A stretch of 64,000 nucleotides of DNA, taken from Balanoglossus misakiensis. Taxonomy: Eukaryota > Animalia > Hemichordata. Under the pieces are notes generated by a model. It did no database searches. It was given only the letters and a program-made list of their open reading frames with translations, and was not told the DNA's origin. The stretch is from positions 2,427,060-2,491,059 of the forward strand of contig CM082583.2 in the NCBI GenBank assembly GCA_040954595.2. Direction: 5' to 3'. How positions within the stretch are numbered: position 1 is the stretch's first letter; each line of letters begins with the position of its first letter. The translations under genes were made by a program, and so were the position numbers. Shown in pieces: positions 1 through 13,663 of this stretch.

Positions 1-2923
1 CGTCAAAAGACACTTGATTCTGTGTTGAAGCCAACAAAAAACACATCTAGTGCACGCTAACAATAATGTTGCTGAAACAGACCCAGCTGCTAATGGGCCT
101 ACTCTAGACGTATGTTCGGTCACTGATACCAGACTTTGTGTATTACATGTAGTGGGACGTTCTGTTTTAGTTGGTCTCCATACGCAACATTTTAGTTTGT
201 ACGCAATTTTCCACAGCTTATTTGTACAGTGTATGCAACTAGAAAAAAACCTAACGGAAACATTGCCCTCTCAAATATAACACACCACTGACGCAGTGCA
301 ACTGTAAAGTACATGTACCGGTAGTTTTATGCATGGAATTAACTTGGTTAGACTAGAAGACATCACCACGTTCTCATAATGACTCCAGCAACCCAGAAGT
401 TTTTTGTGAAGAGGTGCAGTGTTTGTCATGGCCTGATCGGTTGCTCTGCAGTTGCACCATTTACATTTGATTTTTCATGGAAATATCTGCCAATCTGTGT
501 TTCAACTCAACTTGGAACCTTTTTCTCACCAAACTTTCTTTTCATCCTAAATCCGTCTGACTTTTAGCCCTGGAAGACTTGGAACCAGCTCAGTTGGTCT
601 TGTTTGTGCAGTCCTTTGGTATACCAGTTAACAGCATGAGGTATGTTGTTACTCTAGAATTAGTCTTCATCAAAGCTACCGTACATCCCAATTTCCATAC
701 TTGGTTTAAATTACAACTTTAGAAATTTACTCTTTGGTGTTGTGGGTTTCATCTCTCTTGGTTGCGCTTTTCACCAGCCCCAAAAGAAGCTCCATGATGG
801 CAAGACTATCAAAGATATATAGTAAACACAAATTGCCTGGAAGTGTATGGTATAATTAAATCATACCACAAACCTCGTACTGAAGTCATTTGGCCCACAA
901 GCAGACATACTGCCCAATATGTCCCAATGTGTCACATTGGCTCTCTATCATGATGCTACATAAATGCCATATTTTCAAAATCATTTTTCAAAATCTTTAA
1001 TACACATGTAACACTACTGTTTCTTTTCACAGCAAACTATTGCAGCATCTCGACATGGCCTGCAGACAAGATCTGTACAGTATGGAACAGGCTGTAGTTG
1101 ACAAGGGATACATGGCTCAGTTAGTGGAAGTTCAACAGATGAGAGGAGCGGAAGGTGGAAATAAATTCCACGCTATGCTGCAGTCATTCCTGGAGAAAGA
1201 CAACAAAGGTACTGGTAGTATTTGTGGAGTAAAATAGTGTCAGAAAAGTTAAGTCATACAGTGTTTTTGTCAAGGGAGGTACCCTGGTAAATGTTACTAA
1301 GGTTCCCCTTGGTATATCAATGGAGTCAAAATAGTAGGTAGCAGAAACATTACCAGTGTTCCCTGTCCTTAGCAAAAACACTGGTCATACATATAGCATT
1401 CTTCAACTTTGAAAATTATAAGCATTTTTTATATTTGTATGTTACTGTTTCTTTTTTCTCTCTCAAAATGTTTCTCTGAATGCTCATGAAATTCATGTTA
1501 CTATTAAATGCTGCTGATATCTCGAACATTTATTACCTGTCTGAACAAAATAAATTTGCCAGATTTTTGCTCATGTTGTCTTTGTTGAATTGATTGCGGA
1601 AGTGGTTGGAAGTGGTCAGTTACCCATGAAATGACGGCCATACGCATATATGTAAATTTCGACCGCCAACACTTACTGTTCTTGACAAATTTTGCGACTA
1701 TTTCTTTTTGCATTTTTCTGGCTCTCGCAAAAAAAATTATTGTTTGCAAAAATTTCCTGGTTTACACTATTTACTAATTCTGCTGTTTTAGTAACCATGG
1801 TGTTGCTTACTGAGATACACACTGAATTTTTTGGATGTTAAAGCGCAAATGACTACCTGTGGATGTTCAGAATATGAATGACTTGATGTTCAACAGATGT
1901 CATTGAAGTTTGACCTTCAAAAGATGAGAGTACAGGTCTATATGCAGAGAATTACAGAACTTTTGTGTTCGGTTTTAATGTTTCCTCAGATTTCATTTCA
2001 AAAGATTATCCATACAGCTGAAGTGAATGCCATTAATTCATGTTTTTTTTGCAGATGAGGAAAGGAAGAAGAGAAAAGTGAGGCAATGCAGGTAGATGAA
2101 AAGAAAGATGTTGGATCCAAGATGGATGCAAGAAAAGTCATTGTAGACAGTCAAGAGTCAGCCAAGTTGATCTTACTGAAAGTAAGTTGGCTGTAGATAT
2201 TAAGTCGACCTATTGAGTTGTCCTTTTCCAAGTGGCATCTTAGTAAATCATGGTTTCTCAGTCATTCAGTGAGTACATTATGGCTACCTCTGTAGTCACC
2301 TCAAGAACAAGTTGCAAGGCTTCTCACAAGGTCATGATCGTTGACAGGTTGTCATACTCATGGTTTCTCAGTCAAATCAAGGCCAAGGGGTAAAGTATGG
2401 GCTCCCTCTATAGTCACCTCACACTGCAAGGCTTCTTACCAGGTCGTGTTCTTTTGAACTACATGTAAATCACAATTGATCATGTCTCATGTTAAAGACA
2501 ATCAAAAGCTGATCTTTTGTCATCTGACTTGGGCAACTCTCCAAACACCTCAGGCTGGGTAATTTAACAGTAATGTTGTTCTTATCATAAGTTTTGTGGT
2601 AGTTGTGGCCAGAAACCTCTCTTTACCATGACTTTTTTCCAATGCTAAAGGAACTTCAGACTCTAAACCAACCACTTCTACAAACCGAACAGTTTTCTGT
2701 GCTGTTTTGCTACCTGCTTTTAATGCGAGTTGTTGAGAGGTTTCACAATATCATCGCTAATGAGTGTGTGATTTCTTCTCCTTTGATTATATTTACAGCT
2801 ATTTAGTATTGGTGAGCACAAAGTGAGTGCATCAACAGAAAGACAATATCTGAGAGGAATACAGTTGGTATGTAATATTTTATCTGAAAACAATTACACT
2901 TCCCAGAAGAAATATGATATGTT

Positions 2924-3116
2924 TTAAAGGTATATTGTCACCTATGGAAAATTAGCTATAGTTACCATGGCAAATTGAGATCTAGCCAATCACAGACTTT
3001 CACAGTGGGTGGCACAAGCAAAATAAAGAGCTCCACCATATGTTCTTTAGAACGCTCAAATACTCCATTTCAGCCTTATATGGTCGTATGTAAATTGGAG
3101 GTGACTATACCTTTAA
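2924..3116. mobile_element. ~190 bp MITE with TTAA flanks (Kolobok-like), family C
   Basis: ttaa-AGGTATAttgtcacct...aggtgactatacct-ttaa terminal inverted repeats; further copies at 4740 and 61914. Confidence 0.8.
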
Positions 3117-4739
3117 GGCAACTTTATTATTTCTTGAGAAAATTATGAACTATACTTTGTAAAGGCCGACAGATTTCTCAGTGACCGGCCAGGTTTCCTA
3201 ATAAATGATATTGATTTTTTGTCATCATTTCTCACACAGACACTGTCCAGGGAGATCTCCAGGCTGAAATCATTTGATTCATCAGAGAACTCTGGCGACC
3301 ACATCATTCTGGCAATGCAAGAAATCCTAACATCAAGTGACGAGAGTCAGTTTAATACAGTCTACACAGAAAACATCATTTGTCATGTCCATTGTTCAGT
3401 TTGCTTCACCAAAGACAGGTAATTGTTTGCATTGCATGTCACTTTTATAGTTACATTACTTACCTTCAAATATAGTTTTGTACATTCAAGAATTTGAATT
3501 CAGTTTGAGTTTCTCAAGTCAGTAAGCATTAAATGTAACTCCATATATAGTATTGGAAAAGTTGAAGTTCAATTTGAGTTTCCTGTGCAAGTTTTGTAAA
3601 TTTTCAGCTTCCAAAAATTATTCCTCAAATTATGAGACATTTACAGGGGAATATATATAATAAGTTGACATGTTTATTAAAATATCCTCATAGATTTGTG
3701 ACTTTGTACAGAATAGATATTTATGAGACTAAGACTTGGTGGTACATGTATTATTGTCTATATTTCTGAGTCAAATTAGTGTGTGTTAAGTTACTTTGCA
3801 ATTTTAATTTGCTTCTTTATATCACAATTTGAATTTTTTTCTTTATATCATTTAGAAATATCTTGAAAAGAAGAAAGATATGATGAGATTTGTCCACCTG
3901 GTGTCTGCAATTTTGAGTTCATCAAAGTCTGAAAACAGTGTGTTTACAAAACTTCTCAACCAGTATGAAAAAGTCAACAGACAACAAGGTGAGCTATTTA
4001 TTTCATTTACTTCAAGCATTCAAAAACCATACACAAACTGTTACTTGAGCATTTTCACTAAATCACACAGGATAGATAGAAATTTACTTCGCAGAATGAA
4101 TTTATTCCTTGATATCAAATGAAGTCAGACGCAGTCAAACACAGATACATTGGCATTCGATTTTCCACATGACGGGCAACTTCAGCAACGTGGTGCAGGC
4201 AACAATTGTACAGACAAAACGCCATGAGGCTGATGAGGCACCATGCTTGATACATGTTACGTGTCTGGCGGTTTTAAAGAATAAAAATACTCACGTGATT
4301 GATAGTAAAGATTTCTTAACTGGATTCGTACACTACTGGAACTTCCTGGAATTTCCTTGAATTTGAAACCCCCCTTTGAACGCCAAAAACCATTTCTGGT
4401 ATCATGTCCAAAAGGGATGTATATCTAAATTCCAGTCTTACATCTTCCTTCCAGCAAAGTCCCTGAGCAGCGAGAAAAGTCCCCTCAAAGCCAGTGGAGG
4501 CAACTTGGATGAAGTGAGTGAAATCATTGAAGCCGTCTCAGAGGGACGGATGGCAGTAGACAAAAAGGTAAAGTCTGCATTTTCAACACGCCTGAACCCT
4601 TTCACTGCCATGGTTCAGTCCAAACCCATTGTTTTCTATGGAATGGTTGGAGGGAAATGGGGGTGAAAGGGCTGAGCTATTGGATAGTCTCACCAAACAA
4701 ACAGAAACATGAGAAGTGGAATAAGAAGGAACGGACCCA

Positions 4740-4931
4740 TTAAAGGTATATGGTCACCTGTGCAAATTTAGCTGCAGCTACCATGGCAAATTGAGATCTA
4801 ACCAATCACAGATTTTCAGGGGTGGCACACGCTAAAAAAAGAGCGCCACCATTTGTTCTTTAGAACACTCAGATACGCCATTTTTGCCATTTATGGACAT
4901 GTGTTTATTGGAAGTGACCGTGTACCTTCAA
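4740..4931. mobile_element. MITE family C copy
   Basis: ttaaaggtatatggtcacct...gtgaccgtgtacctt; colinear with 2924-3116. Confidence 0.8.
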
Positions 4932-5394
4932 TTATATAGGTCCACAATTTTGGTATTGTAATTCATCCAAAAATCTTATGATGACATCATCTTGTTAATG
5001 ATACATTTGATGATTGGTGAATTGTGTTTGACTTTCCACCATTTTGCACAATTGGCAGTGTATCACCAGCTGACAGGCACCAATTCCTGCCAACTAGAAG
5101 AGTTTCTGAATAAAGCCTTATCTGTTGCTATGCAAGTGCCAACAAAATCATCCAGCACCAGTGAAGCATTGAGTGAGTTGCTGTTACAAGAGCAGTCCAG
5201 ATTGATTGACAAGTAAGTACAAGTTTATCTCAAGACGCATCTGTCTGGTAGCTTTGAGTTTGGGGTTTTATGTTCCTGGGATCACCTTGTCCATATTTTG
5301 TTTTAATAAAGATCAAAATGGGTAGTTTTGTACTTGCAGGACATCTTATCATAATCAAAAAATGCATATTTATAACCGTATGCCTGCTTTGATC

Positions 5395-5582
5395 TTAAAA
5401 GGGACAAAGTCTCTCTCTCGCTGCCCTTTTTCCATTATTTATGTTTGATACAAGACACCGTGTACATGTGTGTATGTATAGTGAATAAACGTTCAACCAC
5501 ACACAACTTCCATCCTGTTTGTAGGATATGAGAGTAAAAATCTCACCACAATGACTAAACAGTAGAGACTTTGTCCCTTTAA
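5395..5582. mobile_element. MITE family B (AGGGACAAAGTC TIR, TTAA flanks), internally deleted copy
   Basis: gggacaaagtctct...agagactttgtccctttaa; same family at 10590, 16594, 49003 and about 53340. Confidence 0.8.
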
Positions 5583-8500
5583 TGTGTAGATCTCTGAAAG
5601 ATATTTACCATACACTGGTATGTTATATCAGAGATGACATAGCAGACCTTTATTCATCACTCAGCTATGTAGCAAAAACCTATTTCAGGTACATTGTAGT
5701 TAGAATTCCATCAGTATGATTGTTTTATACCCTTTACTCAACTTATTGTATATTTCTCTGCTGTTATACATTGTTACAGATGCGAGTTAGACTGGTCAAC
5801 AGCAGGGCTGCTTATAGATTGGCTGGAGAGATTGTGCAAAGTTGCCAACAGCTGCAAGACCAGTTACTCTTCATCAAGACGCACAAACCCAGAACAGAGG
5901 GCAAAATTCAAAGTTCATGCAGTGCTTATTTGCTGACACTGTTGAGCCACCAGAGTAATTGGCAGACTTTGCATAAATGTATCGATTGGTTACTCAAACC
6001 AAGGACAGACTCAACCAGGTGAGAAATTCTATCATACTTCTTCAGGTTGATCTTTGTACACAAAACATCTGGTGAATATCTGAAAATCACTAATGCTTCA
6101 TGTGCAGAATGAATTGCCAACATATCAGACTTAGTGCTTAATGTAATGTAGAATTTCAATATAAAGTCAAACCTAGAATTTCTTTCACATTTTAGTCACG
6201 TACTATGTTTTCACAAAACTAATTAAAAATATTTCCTCATTTCAGCATTGACTCAACTGCAGCTCTAGACTTCCTGTGGGCATGCATACACATTCCAAAA
6301 CTCTGGCAGGGCAGAGATACCAAAACACCAAAGGTAAGAAAATACTAGCTGCATAATTTTATTAGCTAATTGTAGTTTTTTCGCCCTTCCAAAACATGGT
6401 GTCATTTCCAAGCAGACGACAAGAACGAGGCAAGTAGGTCACAGAGTACTGCTTGAGCTTGTCTGGTTTGTTGTTTTTATGATCCAAGTTGCGTGAAAAA
6501 ATTACCTTACACTAAAATGTGGCTGTCGCATGTCGGTCCAAACTAAAGCGATGATACTCAACAGAATAATTTGTTTACTCTGTGAATAAAAAAAGTCATA
6601 ATCATGTTAGAGCTGACAAAATCTCTCTGAAGTTTACAGAAACCAGAGAATGCAAATAACTTGTGACACCTGCTTGTGTACTCACATCACAAATGTGCTA
6701 CATTTACAGAAACGTACAGAAGAAGTTATCTTCAATCTCTCTGCAAAAGAAGTATGTACATTGACTGACTTCATCCTTGCTGAGCTGGACAACACTTCAA
6801 ACGACAAGACATCCCTCACCGTAGAAGTCAGAATTCCCCTTCTGATGAATTATTGTCATGGCAACAAACCAGTCATGAGGGATGTAGTCAATCATCTGTT
6901 CTCTAAAATTAACATGAATGGGTAAGAATTTTACAAACATCATCATTAAAAATGTAAAATTGTTTATCACCTTATGCCATTTCCACATGTGTGTTTTTTT
7001 TGTAACTTGTCTCTTGGTTTGGCACATGAGGTGCATAAGGTGATCATCACCCTTTTTAATTTGCTGCAATGTATTCCTTCCAAATGACAGCTTTAAATGA
7101 TGTTGACTTACTACCAATACTTATTTATTTTCAGTGCTTTGAGCAATGCTCCATTGCTTCTTCTGTCGGAGATGTATCTGCAACAACCTGATTTAATTCA
7201 GAGTGTCAGAAAAAGTGGCTTGCTGGTGAAGAATGCAAACAGTGTCAGTCAGAGTGTCACACAGGTAAGACATATGTGCATTGCACGGAGAGCTGCATCA
7301 ATTTATGAACTGTGTGCAAAGCAGTTAATATGGAAAGCAATTTGACAATAGATGTCATTATATGATTGTAAATGTATGAAGTTCTAACTTCCCTAACAAA
7401 TGAAAAACTGACGAATTCTTCCTTCTTTTACTCTTGCAATCCAAAAATATGTTTTCAATGAGAATCATACTTGAGTATTAAAGTGTGTACTGCAGTCAAA
7501 CCTGTGTTAGTGGCCACTTTGTTATAGTTCCTGTGCAATTAACATGTACATTAATTGACCTGTCTATAAAGGCCACTTTAGGAAAGTCTCTTGACTGGCC
7601 ACTATAAGCATGTTTGACTGTATATACATGTACATTTTGTAATCAAATTAGATTTTTGTATCAAAAACTCTTTCATGTACTGTTTGTGATTGTAAAATCT
7701 TTCTGTGTTCCGTTTATTCATGGCATGTATTTCTTCTTCATGAATATAGAGATGGCACCATCTCATTAGCATCTCGGTTGATATTTGTTTCAGTTTGATG
7801 TGCTGACCCACAGTTTATTGTTGACGTTGGCCGCAACAAAAGCTGGACGAAATTGTGAAAACAAAATGAATGATGCCAACATTGCACTCTGTAAGATAGC
7901 AACATCTCATCCAACATTGTTACTCAGGTAAGCAAGTAATCATGTCTGACAGTCACAATGGTGTCATTCTAAGTTCAAACAGTAAAGATCGTGGTATACT
8001 TGTATCACACAGTCTTGGAGCACGACTATCTCCACATTTGTGGTTGCAGTCATGATCTTAAAGTGAAAGTCTCCTTATAAAAAAAAACCCAGTCAACTTT
8101 ATTGAGACTAAACCCACTTGGCAACCAATCACGCCATCAAAGTATTATGAACAAGACTGCAATGCAAGAATTCATGAAATGGTAATTCTCAGCCTCATTT
8201 AATAAGCGAAGTTGTTTCCAAATATGACACGTCTGTTACTCAAATGTAGCCTGGAGACCAGGCGTCGATCTAGAATCCTTTTCCCCTACTACGCCCTGGT
8301 CTCTGGGCTAACTCAAATGATGAGTGACATCATTCCTGGATTTGACGGTATTTTGGTAGCTCAGCCAAATTTCTCTGTAACATGTCACTTGTGGTCAGTC
8401 TTAGCGGGTGTAGCATGCTAATGGCCGCTGTCAGGATTTCGGACAGCCGAGAGTCACTTACTACATGTTGCATTGCCATTTTAGTCGAGTTGCAGTGACC

Positions 8501-10110
8501 CAGGTCATACTGACAGATCTGCCAATCAGCGACTGTCTGAAATCCCGACAATGGCCATTTTGTTTTACAAAACATTCAATGGTATTTCCTCATACTCTTT
8601 CTCTCTGTAGTGCAGTTGAAGCACCCAGAGAAGTCTGGATAACTGAGACTAATCATTAGTCTACCGGTATGTTAAATTCCTAAAATATTAACATGTTCCC
8701 TTTCTGAAGCAAAACAAGAAAGTATTACTAGGTCTGCAATGTCAGTTTTAATAGTCTGGTCCCCCCAAACCACTGTTGTGCTCACGGAAAGTGTCAGCTT
8801 TGCTCCCTTCTATCCATGGCTGCCATTGGCCAACGTATCAAGCATTCTGATCAGTAAATAGAGATTTCTTTTATGAGATTATTCCAAGTTTCAAATAATG
8901 AAGAATTTACATTCACGAACGTAAAATGAAACATAAACTAGTCTGTCAATTGAAATGTTTCATAAATTTGCACTGTTTTGACAGCACTAAATCTTCTTGA
9001 CTTTTACATCATGCAACAGGCTATTTCACCCAGAATCTTGGTCAAATGGATTTTGCATTGAACTTTATAATTGTTAGAACAGTGCAGCCAACAGTAGAAA
9101 CATTAGTCTTGTTGCCAACAATTACAATTTTTAGTGTAAGTGGATATCTTGTCAACGAATATCATCTGATCTTTTGTTGTTTTTTGTTTCAGAGTATGCA
9201 AATGTTTTACTGCAGAAAGCATTCATCGTTGGAATTAACACCAAGCTTGACACGGCACCCATCATAGCAGAGACTCTACAACTGTTGAATATGGAATCAG
9301 TCACAGTATATTCATAAAGTGAACTCTCTTACATGGACTTTAATAGTAGCGGGGAAAAATATCTCTCAGATCTTGTCGCTTTTCATTTTATATAAACACT
9401 ACTGCACACAGCAGTTCTTCATGAAGATAGAGTCTTTTCTTTGCTTTTTGTGATGGACCCTCATACATGCCCACACTGTCAGTCATAGGTCAACTGACAT
9501 CTGAGGCTCAGTAATAGATTTTTCTCTATTCTAAATCCACTGTGCATATTGAATTTTGAAAGAAAAAAATTACATTTCATTGAGTGATATGGACACTGAT
9601 ATGGAGAGATCATTGCTTGATTTAAATATTCATGCAAAGATTAAGAATAAAGAGCATTTATAAGACAAGACACCATCGTGTGATTCGATATTCTGTTTTT
9701 AATCTGTTACTTCCGTGTTGATTCTTTGTGAGGCAGACGTTAAAAAGGCAGACATACATACATGCTTGCATACATAAATAAATACACACAAGGGTGAGTT
9801 GGCGAGTGTCGTCATGGATTGATGGCAGCTCAGTTGAGTTGTTGAACTTGAAAAAAATGTTAATCCTCTTTTTGCACTAGTTTGCCGAAATTAGTGAGAT
9901 TTGGAGTTTCCTATCCAGTAAAATTTCTCTGCTTACAAGTCAAGCTTTGTATGAAATTAGAATAGGTACTGAGTTTAACAAAAAATGTAACTTTTGTGCC
10001 GTGTTTTGTTTGTGTATCACATGAGAATGCCCTCCCGTACAAACTGCTTAGCCAGGCGAGATCTCTCTTGGAGTTCTGAAAATTGTCTCAGTATTAGACT
10101 TCGAGATGCT

Positions 10111-11852
10111 CTAAATACTCCAGATTCTGTTCTGGATGATAGTACTTGCAGTAATAGTTGTCGGTGTCGTCGATACTTCTGTAGGAACAATATTCAGCAT
10201 TTGCCAAAAATGTGACGTTTCCCTCTGGATGCCAGTGTATAAACTCGGAGACATTCTCTGGGCACACCTATTGAAGAAAGACAACAAATTTTCAGTCGCT
10301 GTTTTCTTTTCCTGTATACGAGAATTAATATTATAATTTAATAGCAAAACAAACCACATTCCGAAAACTGGCGGATAATGGTTCGGGGTCGTAATTAGAG
10401 AATTGTTCGCAAAATTATCAAGCTGGTAGAACTGGAAATTGTATGCAAAACTAGTATGGCTTGTACGCCCATTCTTTTTGCAGATCAAATCCCATTTTTG
10501 ACTTTGAGATGAAATCAATACCGGAGAGAATTGGAATATTGTTAACCTGATTAATATATTGAATATATGGACAGATACTAATAGAATACTTAAAGGGACA
10601 AAGTCTCTCTCTCGCTCCCTTTTTCCCATTAATTATGTTTGATACAAGGTAACGTTTATTCTACATGTGGATATATACTAGTAGTAGAGACCGAGTACCG
10701 GTATTCATTTTGGTGAGTTTTTCACTCTCGTGTCTACAAGTGGGATTGAATCTGTGTGTGGTCGAACGTTGATTCACTATATATCCACATGTAGAATAAC
10801 ATAAACCGTACGGTTTCTTGTATTAAATACAAAAAAAAAACGGGAAAATGGGCGAGAGAGCGACTTTGTCCCTTTAATATTCTCTTCAAACTTACATCAA
10901 GGTCGTAGCACGTTTCGACGAGTCTGTTGTCAACGTACATGTGAAGTGTGCAATTCATGCAGCCTCTAACCAGTTCGTCATCGGATATCTTGGACCCCTG
11001 TGAAATGCAAACAGAAACAATCATGGACTAATCTTATAGCAATAAGTAAGGGTCTCGTACGAATACAGTGTGAACAGAGAGGAAAAGTTAAACAGGTGTT
11101 ATCACATGATATGTACAGTGCATCATGGACCCGCAAGTCACCACCGAGAAATTGAATCTTTCAGTGCTATAGGCTGCTCGTCTGTGAAATGTCATCGATG
11201 CGATATTCACCACCTCGCCAATCAGGCAAAAGTTGTCATGTTTAGTGGTGGGATACATTTAGTTGGTCTGCTGGTTGGATGATGAAGGTGATGAAGAGAC
11301 GGGTGTAAGCGTGAATTGGTGATTTTGGATGGAATTTCTGACGTTCTCACAACCCATATCCAACACTAAATTGATGTTCTGACACAGTCGCCAAAATTCT
11401 ATACTTGTCTAGTTACTAGAACCATGCACTCGTCTTCGATTACTCCACCACACTCGTTCGGAATGCCTAGGGAAAATATTATCCATAATTGTCTTTTTTT
11501 AAAGTTCTTATTTGGCTTTACCAGGCTTGTCAGTGTGTCCAACTTGTCAATCACAATGTCCACAGCTCTGAATGTCTTGGATGGTCCGATGTAGCTGCCA
11601 ACAACTTTCAAGAACCTGGTCGTGTGAATCGGATCCTCATTTTCCAATATGTCGGGTAACGTCATGATCTCGTCGAAACACTCCACGCCGTGCGTTAAGA
11701 CAATATCGTATACGGCGTCGTTGTAAGCCGTGATTTGGGCAGACGAACAAACCCATGGCTGAGAACGGAATGGAAGTCCGGCTTCGAGGCCACGATACAC
11801 GATGACCAGAAGAGCAGATACGACAAACAGCAACCTCATTGTACGCGTTCAC
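10111..11852 (-). pseudogene. Uncharacterised, probably secreted protein gene; last exon interrupted by a MITE
   Basis: Acceptor before 11852, ATG at 11839, signal-peptide-like MRLLFVVSALLVIVYRGLEA, 146-codon ORF and a likely GT donor at 11404. A downstream exon from about 10998 (GSKISDDELVRGCMNC..) rejoins ORF 10111-10629 in frame when the MITE at 10590-10877 is removed. The region is conserved in the duplicate at 48.3-49.9 kb. Family not recognised. Confidence 0.55.
10590..10877. mobile_element. MITE family B (Kolobok-like, TTAA TSD)
   Basis: TTAA|AGGGACAAAGTC...GACTTTGTCCCT|TTAA. Confidence 0.85.
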
Positions 11853-13341
11853 CTGTAGAAGAAAGAATTATTTCTCCATAAAGGTTTATACCATCAGGGA
11901 CAAACTCCTATACGAAGAAGTACGTTAGGAAACTGTTTATGTCCAATGGATGCCCCAATCAAACAACGATAATATTTCATTTAGATTTCAATGCAGCTAC
12001 AAAACCGGCTTTATGCATTCTTTTATTTCGATCATGACAATTAATTTTATGGCAGAATGGACACAGCGAAAAAAACAAACAAACAATTTTGCCGAAAATG
12101 GGGCATTATTCAAGTCTTTTCTCCGCAACAGAAATGCATATCCCCGCAACGAATTAATCTACTTCAGTCTTGCTCCAAAACTTCGTGACATTGAAATGCG
12201 CCCACGTATAGAATGTCCTGTGGACGCGACGCTAATGACATCGTCGCTCTGCTTGGCGACGTGTCGTAATAGATCCTTTACGAAGCTACAAACATCACCA
12301 TATAAAAACTGCACGGAAATATACTTACCCCTTCTTACTGCGTAGTGATTAGCTTTGAAAGTGTGAAGCGAACGCTTACATGCATCTCTAGGATGAATTC
12401 TTTTGTGTTTGCACGAATTTTATAAATGCCTTGCAAATTATTGGAGTATACTGTCACCATATGTGTGTTATTCAAAAATATCGGAAAGTTCTTTTCTAAA
12501 TAGCTTATATTAAAACATGACAAAGTGTAAAAAATAGAAGTTATACAGAAGAATGCTGGTCGACTTTTTTCAGTTTAATATGTGCCACGCGTACACCTGC
12601 TGAACATATAATTCTGGTGTATCAGCCGTTGTTAAAGGAAAGCGATCGTCGCGCCGCGGGGGTGTCCCCCTTGATGAGAAAATGTCCTCCCATACATAGC
12701 TGCTCTCAGATATATATCCCTCACACTAACTTACAGCCCTACATCACAGGATGGACATCTGACGGACTGTGCCTATAATCTGTGCATCATACACACCTTA
12801 TATTTCCTTCATAGTGACATCTTATAACAACGGTCGTAGTGTCGTCCTCCCACTCATCCTGAAAGACGAGAATGACAAGAATGTTTATCCTTCCATCTAA
12901 CATCACTTATACTCCACATCGTGGCCATAATCTGAGTGACTTCCATTATGATAACACACAGATTTGAAATAATATCAATATTTGCTATTGTTCCCCAACA
13001 TGAATATAATGCTACAGATCTCTCTTCACTTGCTCAAAACCGTACATTGTACTTCCGGTCAGCAGATTCGCAATGGGTGTATTACATGGAAATAAACCTA
13101 TATTATTGCAAATTTGGACACTTCGAATTTATGTGACATACCTCCCAGCCAGTATCCCCAACATCTTCTTCTATCTTAACATATGGTTCAGGAATTAGTC
13201 CCAATTTACCATTTATTTTACCCTGCACACAAACAAATGCGAATAAATTATATGAAAGTCTGTTCTCTTGTGCAAGTATACCCGGCATTCTAGGGGAGTA
13301 TGAAAATGACTACGTTTGCCACTGACTCGGCACTGTTTGGG

Positions 13342-13663
13342 TTAAAGCGCCTAGCTCGTCTCACATGCATGTTCCAGCTATAGCCGCTGGTTACAGACGT
13401 TTAGAGAACAGTCAATCCCATAAGGCAGTGCTCTGTCTTAACAACTCACAAGATGGCGGCGACCATAATCTGTGTCGGAGATCGTGAAAAGACACCAGCT
13501 TGGGTGAAAAGGAGGGACAAAACTAGAATCTACTTATACGGTGCGCATGAAATATGGAAGGAAGCGAAGGCAGTCCACTATTTGAATGCATCAAATGGAA
13601 AATTTGCTTGACATTTACTGGCTAAATTACGCGCATGTGTGTGAGACGAGCTAGTCGCTTTAA
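13342..13663. mobile_element. MITE family E (TTAA-flanked); related decayed copies at about 14024-14230 and 15900-16252
   Basis: ttaaagcgcctagctcgtctcaca...tgtgagacgagctagtcgctttaa; shared internal ccataaggca..acaagatg..gaccata. Confidence 0.7.

Larger units (their letters stand above)
568..9316 (+). pseudogene. INTS1: Integrator complex subunit 1, 3' portion; disrupted multi-exon copy (5' part lies upstream of the window)
   Basis: GT-AG exons at about 568-640, 1033-1208, 2055-2181, 2799-2867, 3240-3418, 3856-3988, 4455-4567, 5059-5212, 5781-6018, 6246-6333, 6710-6921, 7135-7264, 7794-7927, 9193-9316. Translation gives LEDLEPAQLVLFVQSFGIPVNSMSKLLQHLD..DKGYMAQLVEVQQMRGAEGG, YLLTLLSHQSNWQTLHKCI, ALDFLWACIHIPKLWQGRD and terminal EYANVLLQKAFIVG, which match recalled INTS1. 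Frameshifts occur in exons 2055, 3240 and 5781, and exons are missing after 7927. Confidence 0.9.

Noticed and set aside
8248-8309. Short hairpin as an ncRNA or miRNA
   Set aside because: TAGCC...GGCTA ends are more typical of tiny non-autonomous transposons; no other support.
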